A stretch of 64,000 nucleotides of DNA, taken from Candidatus Falkowbacteria bacterium. GTDB taxonomy: Bacteria; Patescibacteriota; Patescibacteriia; UBA11705; JABHMO01. A program made the position numbers and the translations under genes. Shown piece after piece: positions 18,369-28,547 of this stretch. How positions within the stretch are numbered: the stretch's first letter is position 1; the number at the start of each line of letters is the position of its first letter. The stretch covers positions 68,635 to 132,634 of the forward strand of contig JABHAL010000001.1 of NCBI GenBank assembly GCA_018674305.1, read 5' to 3'. The notes under the pieces were generated by a model that saw only the letters and a program-made list of their open reading frames with translations, made no database searches and had not been told where the DNA came from.

Positions 18369-19754
18369 TTAACTAAGTTTTTCTGTAAAATATTGTTCGA
18401 GCTTGTCAATTTCTATCCGCTCCTGCTCCATTGAATCCCGATCGCGGACAGTGACTGTATTATCTTTTTCAAGAGTGTCGAAATCAACTGTTATACAATA
18501 TGGAGTACCGATTTCATCTTGCCGACGGTATCTTTTACCAACATTACCGTTATCATCGAATTCGCAAACCCATTTTGTTTTCAGGATATCAAATATTTCT
18601 TTGGCTTTTTCAACAAGCTTTGGTTTGTTTTTCAAAAGGGGAAAAACCGCAACCTTCACAGGCGCTAACTCTTTTTTCAACTTCAGAACCACCCTTTCTT
18701 CATCACCAACCTTCTCTTCAGTATAAGCGTCAGACAAAACGGTAAACAAAGCACGATCTAAACCAGAAGATGTTTCCACCACCCAGGGTGTATATTTTTC
18801 TTTTGTTCGCTGGTCCGTATAACTCAAATCACAACCAGAGAATTTACTATGTTGAGTCAAATCATAATCAGATCTATTGTGAATACCCTCAATTTCACTA
18901 AATCCAAAAGGAAATTCATATTCAATATCCCAAGCCTCTTTGGCATAAAAAACTAAATTTTCATGCTCATGCCAACGCAATTTTTTTTCATTTATTCCCA
19001 GATCATGAACATAAAAATCCCATCGCGCCTGCTTCCACCTTGCATACTCTGCATTAGCTTCCTCAGGTTGAACAAAATACTGCATTTCCATCTGTTGAAA
19101 CTCTCGTGTACGAAAAATAAATTGGCGGGCTGTGATTTCATTTCGAAAAACTTTTCCTACTTGAGCAATTCCAAAGGGAACCTTGACTCGACTGGAATCT
19201 AAAACATTTTTAAAATTAACGTAAATTCCCTGGCAAGTTTCACCACGCAAATAAGTTGGATCTTCATCCAACCTACCAGTAAAGTTGCCTAAATTTGATT
19301 TTACTAAGAGGTTGAAACTTCTAGCATCTGTAAAATCCTTTGATCCACAGCTAGGGCACTTAATCTTATCCTTATTTTCCTTGAATAATTTATTAATCTC
19401 TTCTTCTGACATTTTTTCATCAGCAAAGACATCTATCGCTTCTAATAAATGATCCACTCGAGAACGAGCATGACATTTTTTACATTCTGCCAACGGATCA
19501 GAAAAACCGTTCACATGACCACTGGCTTCCCACACTTTTGGAGACATAAAAATTGCTGAATCTAAGCCGACAATATTTTCTCGGCTTTGGACCATGTTTT
19601 TCCACCAAGCATTTTGAATATTGTTCTTTAATTCAACTCCATATGGACCATAATCATATACAGCGGCCATACCACCATAAATTTCCGATGATGGATAAAC
19701 GAATCCCCGCCTTTTACTAAAACTTATAATTTTCTCTAATGTTTTTTCACTCAT
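18369..19754 (-). CDS. glyQS: glycyl-tRNA synthetase, dimeric (GlyQS) type; start at MSEKTLEK
   Basis: RRGFVYPSSEIYGGMAAVYDYGPYGVELKNN class-II GlyRS signature. Confidence 0.85.
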   Translation of the reverse strand: MSEKTLEKIISFSKRRGFVYPSSEIYGGMAAVYDYGPYGVELKNNIQNAWWKNMVQSRENIVGLDSAIFMSPKVWEASGHVNGFSDPLAECKKCHARSRVDHLLEAIDVFADEKMSEEEINKLFKENKDKIKCPSCGSKDFTDARSFNLLVKSNLGNFTGRLDEDPTYLRGETCQGIYVNFKNVLDSSRVKVPFGIAQVGKVFRNEITARQFIFRTREFQQMEMQYFVQPEEANAEYARWKQARWDFYVHDLGINEKKLRWHEHENLVFYAKEAWDIEYEFPFGFSEIEGIHNRSDYDLTQHSKFSGCDLSYTDQRTKEKYTPWVVETSSGLDRALFTVLSDAYTEEKVGDEERVVLKLKKELAPVKVAVFPLLKNKPKLVEKAKEIFDILKTKWVCEFDDNGNVGKRYRRQDEIGTPYCITVDFDTLEKDNTVTVRDRDSMEQERIEIDKLEQYFTEKLS

Positions 19755-19844
19755 ATGAAATAAACAAGCTTTCTTAAAGCCCAAGAAGATAGCTCATGCA
19801 TCTCCTTTCAACTTTATAAACTTGATAAACTTTTCATTACTCAA

Positions 19845-20402
19845 TTAAACTGACATTATTTCTTTTTCTTTATCCTCTGCTAACTCTTGTAATTGCTTAT
19901 TTAATGTCTGAACCTTTTCATCCAGCTCTTTGATATAGGCATATTTATCATCTTCTGTGATTTCGTTGCTCTTCTCACCTGAAATGATTGCCTCTTTTAC
20001 CTTTTCCCGAACTGAACGCACAGCCACTTTGGCTGCTTCTAATTTTTCATTCATACCCCTAACCATCTCTTTACGGTTTTCTTCAGTCATTTGTGGAACG
20101 GTAACTCTCACCAAGGTACTTTCTCCAGACACACCAACACCTAAGTCAGCGTAAGTAATAGCTTTTTCAACTTCTTTTAATAAATTTTTATCCCATGGCT
20201 CAACTGTCATAACCCTAGCCTCTGGAACAGAAATACTTGAAAGCTGATTTATAGGAGTTTTCACCCCATACGCATCAACCAAAATATTTTCAAGCATCGC
20301 TGGATTTGCTCGACCTGCTCGAATTGTCGCTAACTCTTTTTCAAAATGCTCATTTCCTTTTTTAAAATCCCCCTCATGCTGTTCAATGTATTGATTTGAC
20401 AT
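19845..20402 (-). CDS. frr: ribosome recycling factor
   Basis: 185 aa with RRF-typical region spanning the whole protein. Confidence 0.9.
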   Translation of the reverse strand: MSNQYIEQHEGDFKKGNEHFEKELATIRAGRANPAMLENILVDAYGVKTPINQLSSISVPEARVMTVEPWDKNLLKEVEKAITYADLGVGVSGESTLVRVTVPQMTEENRKEMVRGMNEKLEAAKVAVRSVREKVKEAIISGEKSNEITEDDKYAYIKELDEKVQTLNKQLQELAEDKEKEIMSV

Positions 20403-20510
20403 ATTTCTTAAGCGAGACCAGCGAGATCAGCGAGACCAGTTTAAATTTTTACTCGTCTTGCTTGTTTAACTTGTCTTGCTTGTTTAACTTGTTTTACTTG
20501 TCCTACTTTC
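20403..20510. repeat. short tandem repeats in intergenic region (agcgaga(c/t)c x3; cttgcttgtttaacttgt x2-3)
   Basis: Direct reading of 20411-20500. Confidence 0.4.
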
Positions 20511-21578
20511 TTACTTTTGTTCAACAAACTTAGCACCAACAAAGATGTTAGCTGTTTCCTTGGGATGAACCATTATTTCTCCAGCAACACGAGTAGTTGG
20601 CATTTGTTTAATTACCCAATTTTCTCCACCATCCAATGTTTTGTATATAGCTGAATTAGTACTGTAGTAAATATAATTTTCATTAGTTGGATCAATCTCC
20701 AAAGAATAAATAACTTCTGCACCTGGCGGAGTTACAAGTTTAACTTCAGCCCAAGTTAAGCCTCCATCTAAACTACGCAAGACACCATATTTATTGGCAT
20801 ATAAAATCAAATTTTCCTTACTCTCGGAAACTTCAAAATCATAATACTTTTTTGCTCCACTAAAATCTTTCATAGCCTTATTTAGACCTGTCCAATCATC
20901 ACTATCAATATCTTTTTTATATAAACCTGTTCCACTCACACCGACATAAAGTCGTCGACTATCAAAAGAATCAACCACAATTTTCTTTACTCTGCTCGGA
21001 AACTTTTCTAGCATTTTCCAACTCTGACCACCATCAGAAGTTTGTAAAAAACTACCATCAGACAAACCTGCATAAATAATAGTTGGATTATACCAATCAA
21101 TCTGCAAGGCAGATACTATTTTCTCAGAACTATCAGTGAAATACATTTGTTTCCAATTACGAGCGCAATCTTCGCTCTTGAAAATGTTATTACTGACGGC
21201 CGCGTAAAGAGTGCATTTATCCTTGGTGTTGATCACAATGTCATAAACCAAACCAGCTGGTAATTTCGAAGACTTCATCCAGCCCAATCCCCGATTGTAG
21301 GAATAAAACAAACCATCTCCCCTAGTGGCTGCATACATAGCCTCCTGATCACTTGGATCAAAACGCATAAGATAAATGTCTGTATCAGAAATTGTACCAG
21401 GAGTTTCACCTGGAGTCATTAAATTGCTACGGTTCTTCCATGTTTCGAACCGATCATCAGTCATAAATACACCACCAAGGTTTGATTTTGTTGTTCCTGA
21501 TTTTTTCAATTTAATACAACCTGTAGTGCCAAAAATTAATACACCGACAACTAAAAGTAAAAAAAATTTCCTCCTCAT
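20511..21578 (-). CDS. BNR/Asp-box repeat lipoprotein; start at MRRKFF
   Basis: Signal peptide + Cys (GTTGC); SxDxGxxW motifs (SDGGQSW, LDGGLTW, LDGGENW). Confidence 0.6.
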   Translation of the reverse strand: MRRKFFLLLVVGVLIFGTTGCIKLKKSGTTKSNLGGVFMTDDRFETWKNRSNLMTPGETPGTISDTDIYLMRFDPSDQEAMYAATRGDGLFYSYNRGLGWMKSSKLPAGLVYDIVINTKDKCTLYAAVSNNIFKSEDCARNWKQMYFTDSSEKIVSALQIDWYNPTIIYAGLSDGSFLQTSDGGQSWKMLEKFPSRVKKIVVDSFDSRRLYVGVSGTGLYKKDIDSDDWTGLNKAMKDFSGAKKYYDFEVSESKENLILYANKYGVLRSLDGGLTWAEVKLVTPPGAEVIYSLEIDPTNENYIYYSTNSAIYKTLDGGENWVIKQMPTTRVAGEIMVHPKETANIFVGAKFVEQK

Positions 21579-21676
21579 ATTTTTGATTTCACGAACCCAC
21601 AAAATCACTAAATCACGAAACCATTACCGTAAATGCATTTTGTGTTTTTGTGTTTTCTGTGTTTTCGTGTTTTATT

Positions 21677-22720
21677 TTATATGTTTAATAATAAATTCTC
21701 TAATAATAATCGCGGATTTACATTTTGTAATAACAACCTTTTTGCTTGTTCAATTTTTCCTAAAAACCCAGACAATCTTTTTACTGAATATTTATCTCTA
21801 AACTGCTTCAACTCCTGAACTAAAAATTGATTAGTCAATAAATCATCACGATAATTAACTGTCAACAGAACGTCTCGAGTTAAAGCAGATAAGTAGTCAA
21901 GTTTTTTAATTATTTCTTCATTATTTGTCTTTTTACCTACCATCTTTTCAATAAATTGAAAGCGATCAATTATACCCGAACCCAATAGTTGTAATAGTTC
22001 TTTATTAATGAATTGATATTCTGTAAGCTTGTCTTCCTTGTTGAACATTTTCATGGCCATGGTCGGTCTCCCCTGAGCCATGCTCGCCAATTCTTTAGCT
22101 AAATTTCTAGACGCACCCCGGCCCAATAAATAATCATAAATAGATTGCCGTGTAACTGGCAAAAATTTAATAAGTTGAACTCGGGATAAAATCGTAGACA
22201 ACAAAAGATCTTTACTTGGACTGATTAAAATTATAATTGTACGCGGGGTTGGCTCCTCTAGAGTTTTGAGTAAACAATTACTAGCTTCCTGGCTAAGCAA
22301 CTGTGCCTCCGGTATAAGTACAATTTTATAAGAATTCATGAATGAGCGTTTCGCCACTTTACCTAGCAACTCCCTAATTTGCCCAACTGCAATCTGACCC
22401 TTTTTTTTACCAGTCTTTTCATTAATCTCACGTTCCACAATATAAAGATCCGGATAAATTTTTTTGTCAAACTGAACACAGGCAGAGCAAATTCCACATG
22501 GCAAAGCTCCCTTGACCTCTCGTGTCTTCTGATAATGATCATAGTTCTCACACAACAATGACTGAGCAAATTTTTTCGCAGCTGAGGTTTTTCCAACTTT
22601 TGCTGGTCCAAAAAACAAATAAGCATGTGAAATTGATTCATTAACCACATTCCTTTGTAAAAACTGTTTTATTCGCTTATGTCCGATGATTTGCCAGTTG
22701 AAATCTATTTCAGTACTCAT
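21677..22720 (-). CDS. holB: DNA polymerase III subunit delta prime
   Basis: AYLFFGPAKVGKTS Walker-like motif; CGICSAC zinc module. Confidence 0.8.
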   Translation of the reverse strand: MSTEIDFNWQIIGHKRIKQFLQRNVVNESISHAYLFFGPAKVGKTSAAKKFAQSLLCENYDHYQKTREVKGALPCGICSACVQFDKKIYPDLYIVEREINEKTGKKKGQIAVGQIRELLGKVAKRSFMNSYKIVLIPEAQLLSQEASNCLLKTLEEPTPRTIIILISPSKDLLLSTILSRVQLIKFLPVTRQSIYDYLLGRGASRNLAKELASMAQGRPTMAMKMFNKEDKLTEYQFINKELLQLLGSGIIDRFQFIEKMVGKKTNNEEIIKKLDYLSALTRDVLLTVNYRDDLLTNQFLVQELKQFRDKYSVKRLSGFLGKIEQAKRLLLQNVNPRLLLENLLLNI

Positions 22721-22744
22721 ATAATTATTTTAGCAAAATTCTTT

Positions 22745-23839
22745 TCAATTGCCAATTAAAAGACTTAAAGTTTGCTTTGCACACTGCTGCCAGGAAAACT
22801 GCTCAGCTTGCCGAAGGCCCTTGACCTGCAAAGACTCCTGAACCTCAGGATTTAATAAAACCTGCTCCAATCGAGCAACTATTTCTTCAGATTTTTCCGG
22901 ATTGAACATCAAGGCTGCGGATCCAGCCGCCTCCGGAAGACTAGTCGTATTGGAACAAATAACCGGACAACCGCAGGCCATAGCCTCTATCACCGGGATG
23001 CCAAACCCCTCAAACAAAGAAGGGAAAACAAAAAGATCAGCCCCATTTAACCAACCTGGCAATTCCTTATCAGCAACCCAACCTGGCATAATCACTTCAT
23101 TTTCCAAGTTGTACTTCTTGATATTTGCCTGCACTCGATCAAAGCCAAAAGCTCCCTTTCCTATTAAAACCAACTTATGCTTATTTTCAGGATATTTAGT
23201 TTTGAATTGACCAAAAGCTTCAACCAACCTTGGTGTATTTTTCTTTTCTTCCAATCGTCCAATGAATAAAATATATGGATCTTTAAGTTTTGGAGTTAAA
23301 TTATCAAGCTGTTTGTAGTTTTCATTATCAAAACCATTTAAAACTACCTTAATTTTATCTAAAGAAATTTTATAAAATTCACTAATATCATGCTTTGAAT
23401 ATCGAGACACAGTAATTATCTTATCTGCGAAACGTTTAATGAAACGAATTGTGAGCCTGTGATAAAGTTTATCTGCCCATTTATATAATTCAGGAAAATG
23501 CTCAAAGCCAATATCATGAACAGTTACAACTACACGTTTCGGATTAAACAAAGGAATAGTATGCGCTGGCACAAACAAGACATCAGGTTTTTTTCCGAAT
23601 AACATCTCCCAGGACAATCGACCCAAAGTCCAAAATCGCGGTAAAGGCCATTTTAAAATTTTCTCTTCGAAATTGTCTGGACACTTGGCCAAATCACCCT
23701 TCAATGGTTTGTCTGTATATAAAAAATAGCGGTTCTCCTTATCAATCTTTTTGAACTGTTCAATCAAATGATAAGAATACCACTCTACGCCTGTCTTTTT
23801 ATCTTTATTTGCTCGTGAAGCATCTATCCCTATTATCAT
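22745..23839 (-). CDS. glycosyltransferase family 4
   Basis: C-terminal GT4 motif PSLFEGFGIPVIEAMACGCPVICS. Confidence 0.75.
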   Translation of the reverse strand: MIIGIDASRANKDKKTGVEWYSYHLIEQFKKIDKENRYFLYTDKPLKGDLAKCPDNFEEKILKWPLPRFWTLGRLSWEMLFGKKPDVLFVPAHTIPLFNPKRVVVTVHDIGFEHFPELYKWADKLYHRLTIRFIKRFADKIITVSRYSKHDISEFYKISLDKIKVVLNGFDNENYKQLDNLTPKLKDPYILFIGRLEEKKNTPRLVEAFGQFKTKYPENKHKLVLIGKGAFGFDRVQANIKKYNLENEVIMPGWVADKELPGWLNGADLFVFPSLFEGFGIPVIEAMACGCPVICSNTTSLPEAAGSAALMFNPEKSEEIVARLEQVLLNPEVQESLQVKGLRQAEQFSWQQCAKQTLSLLIGN

Positions 23840-23841
23840 AC

Positions 23842-23944
23842 CATTATGCGAATGTGCTAATTATATGCTAATCTACAGATTGCGAATAAATAATAATTAG
23901 CAATTCGCGTTATTTGCATATAATTAGCAAATTCGCATCATCTT
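23842..23944. promoter_or_regulatory. upstream region of the GT4 gene with direct repeats AATTAGCAA(A)TTCGC (x2, ~26 bp apart) and inverted TGCGAAT copies
   Basis: Direct reading; candidate operator/promoter region. Confidence 0.3.
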
Positions 23945-24952
23945 TTACTTCGTTGCTAAAATTGAACGTTTATATAATTCCAAATTGTCTAGAGCGATTC
24001 CGGTTCCCTTGGCAACACACAAAAGAGCATCATCAGCCACGTAAACTGGAACACCTACAGCTCGAGAAATTAATTGGTCAATATCACGGAGTAAACTACT
24101 ACCACCGGACATAATAATACCTTTATCAATAATATCAGCTGACAACTCTGGTGGTGTTTGATGCAAAACTTCCTTGACTGCCTCCACAATTCCCTGTAAA
24201 TCTTTTTGCAAAGCTTCCGTCACATCATTTGAACTAATAGTAATCGTCTTGGGTAATCCCGCAATCATATCTCGACCACGAATATCCAAAACTGCTGGGC
24301 CTTCACTATACATAGCTGAACCAATTTCAATTTTAATATCTTCAGAGGTTCTTTCACCAATGGCCAAATTGTATTTACGACGAATAAACTCAGCAATTGA
24401 AGTGTCAAACTTATTTCCACCAATTCGAACTGAAGCTGAGGCCACCACACCACCCAAAGAAATAACTGCAATCTCAGAAGTTCCACCACCAATGTCAATA
24501 ATCATATGCCCAGAAGCACTACCAATTGGAATATTGGCACCAATAGCTGCAGCAATAGGCTCTTTGATAATATAAGCTGCTCGCGCACCTGCCGCGATAG
24601 TAGCATCAATTACTGCCCTTCTTTCGGTTGAAGTTATACCCGCTGGGACAGCTACCATAACTTCCGGTCGAAATAATTTAATTCCACCCACGGCTTTATT
24701 AATAAAATACCGAAGCATTGCTTCAGTTGTCTTGTAATCAGCGATCACACCATCTTTTAATGGACGGCTAGCAATAATAGTGTCCGGTGTTCTACCAATC
24801 ATTTCTTTAGCTTCATCACCAACTGCCAGAATCTTTTTATCTGTCATGGAAATAGCAACAACAGAGGGTTCGTTAATTACGATTCCCCTCTTTGGTAAAT
24901 GCACTAAAGTATAAGTTGTACCGAGGTCAATTCCAATCTTACGGATAAACAT
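23945..24952 (-). CDS. mreB: rod-shape-determining protein MreB
   Basis: IGIDLGTTYTLV... actin-fold motifs; 335 aa. Confidence 0.9.
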   Translation of the reverse strand: MFIRKIGIDLGTTYTLVHLPKRGIVINEPSVVAISMTDKKILAVGDEAKEMIGRTPDTIIASRPLKDGVIADYKTTEAMLRYFINKAVGGIKLFRPEVMVAVPAGITSTERRAVIDATIAAGARAAYIIKEPIAAAIGANIPIGSASGHMIIDIGGGTSEIAVISLGGVVASASVRIGGNKFDTSIAEFIRRKYNLAIGERTSEDIKIEIGSAMYSEGPAVLDIRGRDMIAGLPKTITISSNDVTEALQKDLQGIVEAVKEVLHQTPPELSADIIDKGIIMSGGSSLLRDIDQLISRAVGVPVYVADDALLCVAKGTGIALDNLELYKRSILATK

Positions 24953-25057
24953 AACATTCTTAAACTCTAATCTCCAAATCCTAAACTCTAAACAATATTC
25001 AATTTATAAAATTTAAAATTTAAATTTATCTCGGATTTAGATATTAGGATTTAGGAT

Positions 25058-25588
25058 TTAAATCTTCCCCTCTTCTTTATCTTGTTTATATTCTAATAAT
25101 CTATCAGCTTTAATTTTTGATTCTTGCTCAAGAAAATACTTATTCACACCTGGAATCATTTTTAACCATTCAGTAATCAACCGAACAACCTTGCCAATCT
25201 TTACTTTCGCTGACTCCAAAAGTCGTTCAACTGCTCTGGCCGTTTCCTCACCCTTTTGTCTAAATTCAGCTTTACGATTTTCTGGTAATTCCTTATATAA
25301 ATCATCAAGACCTTCTGAAAGTATTTTTTCAATTTGCTGCAGATCTTCACTTTTAAAAGCCTTAACCTCTGACGGCTCATCTTCATTAGTGGGTTGAGCC
25401 GATTGCACAGTTGAAACAGCTGCTGCTTCTGATTCCTGAACTGGAGCAACAGCTTCTGCAGCCTGCTCAGGAGTGTTTTCACTTTCAGTCGGAGTCTCAA
25501 CTACTTGTTGAACTTGAACATCTTCTTGCGGAACTTCTTGTTCTGGCAAAACGCTTTCCTGTGTTGGGGCATTTGTTTTGGTTGTCAT
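25058..25588 (-). CDS. acidic low-complexity hypothetical protein
   Basis: E/Q/P/T-rich N-terminal half, helical C-terminal half. Confidence 0.4.
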   Translation of the reverse strand: MTTKTNAPTQESVLPEQEVPQEDVQVQQVVETPTESENTPEQAAEAVAPVQESEAAAVSTVQSAQPTNEDEPSEVKAFKSEDLQQIEKILSEGLDDLYKELPENRKAEFRQKGEETARAVERLLESAKVKIGKVVRLITEWLKMIPGVNKYFLEQESKIKADRLLEYKQDKEEGKI

Positions 25589-25742
25589 ATATTGTTTTTA
25601 TTTTACTTGTTATAACAAAAAAATCAATGTCTCATTATACACAATCAATTATACTATACTTCATGGGTAAATGCAATCAACAAATTAACACTTTTTAACA
25701 AGATAATCAACCCTAATTTTAGATAAAAACTAGGTCTACATA

Positions 25743-25771
25743 TTGACTTTTTAAAAAATATATGCTATAAT
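25743..25771 (+). promoter_or_regulatory. promoter TTGACT-17-TATAAT with TGcTATAAT extended -10
   Basis: ttgactttttaaaaaatatatgctataat directly upstream of 25775 ORF. Confidence 0.5.
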
Positions 25772-25774
25772 GAT

Positions 25775-26050
25775 ATGAATTTAACAAAGAGGGCTAAAAT
25801 GACGACTGGAAGCATGAACCTAGACACCCTGATTTGCCTTGTTATTTTCTGCGGAGTGATGTTCTTCTTTTATGAGCTGGGCACAAACGTCTTACTGCCC
25901 AAATCGTGGAAGAAAAAACTGGACAAAGCGCTGAAAAAGTTAGGGGGAAATCTGGTAAATGCAACTGGCCACGGAATGTGGTTCGTCATTACCCTCCCCT
26001 TTCGACTTATCGGAGCTATCATCCAGGCCGCCCGCAACCGATCACCTTAA
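25775..26050 (+). CDS. small membrane protein
   Basis: 91-aa ORF, two hydrophobic helices. Confidence 0.45.
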   Translation: MNLTKRAKMTTGSMNLDTLICLVIFCGVMFFFYELGTNVLLPKSWKKKLDKALKKLGGNLVNATGHGMWFVITLPFRLIGAIIQAARNRSP

Positions 26051-26093
26051 CCTCAACCGCTGCTACTTGAAACCTCAAGTGGCAGCTTTTCTT

Positions 26094-27053
26094 TTAAATG
26101 CTTTTCAAAGCTGCTTTCACCTCTGCCAAGGTTTTAACCTGAACTAGTTTTTGTCTATGTTTAGACGCACCTGGGAAACCTTTAAAATACCAACACAAAT
26201 GTTTACGTAATTCAACCAAACCATGTTCACCTTTGGTTTGATAATTCAACTTGGCGTGCTCCAACGCGATTTTTTTTATTTGTTTTAAATCTGGATGATT
26301 AAATTTACCTTTTTTCAAGTAATCATTAATCTGACTAAAAAGCCACGGTCGACCATAAATACCTCGAGCTAAACCAACACCATCCATGCCAGTCAGCTCC
26401 AACATTTTTTTAGCATCTTCTGGCTCATTAATTCCTCCGTTGCCCAAAACAATTCCTTTGAATTGTTGTTTAGCCAACTTCATCATGTCATAATTAACTT
26501 CACCACTAAAAGCTTTTTCATAAGTTCGGCCATGCAACATTAAAGTGGTCACCGGCAAATCTTTAATCTTATCAATAAAATCTAACACCGTTATTTTTTC
26601 CGAACTGTTTTTTTTATTAATCGAAACTCGAGTTTTTACAGAAACGGGTAACTTGGTTGCTTCACAAACCGCCTGAACTAATTCATAGCACAAGTTTAAA
26701 TCTCGAAGCAAAGTAATACCACCCTCATGTGCAACGACCTTTTTTGCAGGACATCCGAAATTAATATCAACACCATCAAAGCCAGCTTGTTCCACTATTT
26801 CCACTGCCTTAGCAATCAACTCTGGTCGTTTACCAAACAGTTGAACAACCACGGGTGTTTCCTTTTTATTCAAATCCAGCATCTGCATTGTTTTTTTTGA
26901 ATCATAATACAGTGCGTCAATTGAAGTCATTTCAGTATACACAACATCTGCACCATTTTTTCGACAAAGCAAACGACAAGCAGAATCTGTTATTCCCGCT
27001 AAAGGCGCTAAAGCTATAATTGGTTTCTTAAATTTTAGCCAAAAATTACTCAT
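26094..27053 (-). CDS. dus: tRNA-dihydrouridine synthase
   Basis: APLAGITDSACR..; TIM-barrel Dus motifs; C-terminal helical domain. Confidence 0.8.
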   Translation of the reverse strand: MSNFWLKFKKPIIALAPLAGITDSACRLLCRKNGADVVYTEMTSIDALYYDSKKTMQMLDLNKKETPVVVQLFGKRPELIAKAVEIVEQAGFDGVDINFGCPAKKVVAHEGGITLLRDLNLCYELVQAVCEATKLPVSVKTRVSINKKNSSEKITVLDFIDKIKDLPVTTLMLHGRTYEKAFSGEVNYDMMKLAKQQFKGIVLGNGGINEPEDAKKMLELTGMDGVGLARGIYGRPWLFSQINDYLKKGKFNHPDLKQIKKIALEHAKLNYQTKGEHGLVELRKHLCWYFKGFPGASKHRQKLVQVKTLAEVKAALKSI

Positions 27054-27117
27054 AAATGTTGCTATATTGTATAAAATGATTTTTTTGATTAAATGGCGAT
27101 AACAATATTACACAAAA

Positions 27118-27143
27118 AAAGCTGCTTTACATCAAGCAGCTCT
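27118..27143 (-). terminator. intrinsic terminator for cysS (agctgcttgatgtaaagcagct + T7 on minus strand)
   Basis: Direct reading. Confidence 0.5.
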
Positions 27144-27146
27144 TTA

Positions 27147-28523
27147 TTATTTTTTCTTTATTACAGTTGAATCCGCTGCGTCTTCGATCAACCATCCCAG
27201 ATCTTCAATTTCTTTTCTTAAATCGTCAGCCTTGTCCCATTTCTTATCTCGTCTAGCTTGTAAACGTTTATCAATCAAAACTTGAACTTCTGCTGGAATA
27301 TTAACTTCCTCCTTATGTAAATTTTCTAAATTTAAACCGAAGACCTTATCAAAAGCAAGCAAAGTCGCTCGCTTGTCAGCATCTGAACTGTCAGATTTAA
27401 GAACATCCCAAGCAACTGCCAGCGCCTGAGGAATAGATAAATCATTGTCAATATACTCCTTGAACCTATCAAAAACAACCTGATCAACCTGGCCGTCAAC
27501 TTTACCTAAATCCATAAACTTCTTTTTGAATTTATCCCAACCATTTCTAGCATTGGCCAAGGCCTCCCAACTAAAATTTAACTTACTGCGATAATGTGAT
27601 GACAAACAAAAGAATCTATATACTATTGGATCAAAACCTTTATTCTCAATGGTTTGCAGAGTTATAAAATTGCCTTTTGATTTACCCATCCGACCATCAT
27701 TAATTAACAAAAATTCACTATGTAGCCAATAATTAACAAAAGTTTTTCCTGTAGCAGCTTCGCTCTGGGCAATCTCATTAGTATGATGCACAGGAGTAGC
27801 ATCAATCCCACCTGTATGAATATCTAAAGTTTCACCCAAATATTTCATGCTCATAGCGGAACATTCTAAATGCCAACCAGGAAAACCGACACCCCAAGGT
27901 GAATCCCATTCCATCTGGCGCTTTTGTTCCTTTGGCGAAAATTTCCACAACGCAAAATCAGTTGGATTTCTCTTTTCAGAATTAACTTCAACTCGCGCGC
28001 CTTCTTCTTGTCCTTCTAAATTTAACTTGGCCAATTTTCCATATTCCTTGGACTTGCTGGTATCAAAATAAATCCCATCTGATATTTTATAAGTAAATCC
28101 ATTTTTCTCTAACATTTTTACCAGATCTATCATTTCTTGAATATGATCAGTCGCCTTGGCCCAGATTTCCGGTGAAAGAATATTTAATTTAATCAAATCT
28201 TGTTTGAATGCATTTGTATAAAACTCTGCAACCTCACTTGCACTTTTTGATTCTAATCGTGCACTCTTTTCAATTTTATCCTCACCTTCGTCACTATCTC
28301 CGGTCAGATGTCCAACATCTGTAATATTGATAACTTGTTTAACATTAAAATCATTATAAAGTAAAGACCTTTTCAAAATATCAGCAAAAATATAAGACCG
28401 AAGGTTACCAACATGGGCATAATCATAAACAGTTGGTCCACAATTATACATCGTCACCTCTTTTTCGCTAATTGGCTTGAATTCCTCAATTTTACGACTC
28501 ATTGTATTATACAATTTCAACAT
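27147..28523 (-). CDS. cysS: cysteinyl-tRNA synthetase
   Basis: MYNCGPTVYDYAHVGN (HIGH region) and KMGKSKGN (KMSKS). Confidence 0.9.
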   Translation of the reverse strand: MLKLYNTMSRKIEEFKPISEKEVTMYNCGPTVYDYAHVGNLRSYIFADILKRSLLYNDFNVKQVINITDVGHLTGDSDEGEDKIEKSARLESKSASEVAEFYTNAFKQDLIKLNILSPEIWAKATDHIQEMIDLVKMLEKNGFTYKISDGIYFDTSKSKEYGKLAKLNLEGQEEGARVEVNSEKRNPTDFALWKFSPKEQKRQMEWDSPWGVGFPGWHLECSAMSMKYLGETLDIHTGGIDATPVHHTNEIAQSEAATGKTFVNYWLHSEFLLINDGRMGKSKGNFITLQTIENKGFDPIVYRFFCLSSHYRSKLNFSWEALANARNGWDKFKKKFMDLGKVDGQVDQVVFDRFKEYIDNDLSIPQALAVAWDVLKSDSSDADKRATLLAFDKVFGLNLENLHKEEVNIPAEVQVLIDKRLQARRDKKWDKADDLRKEIEDLGWLIEDAADSTVIKKK

Positions 28524-28547
28524 ATAATAAAACTTTATCTTACTTTA

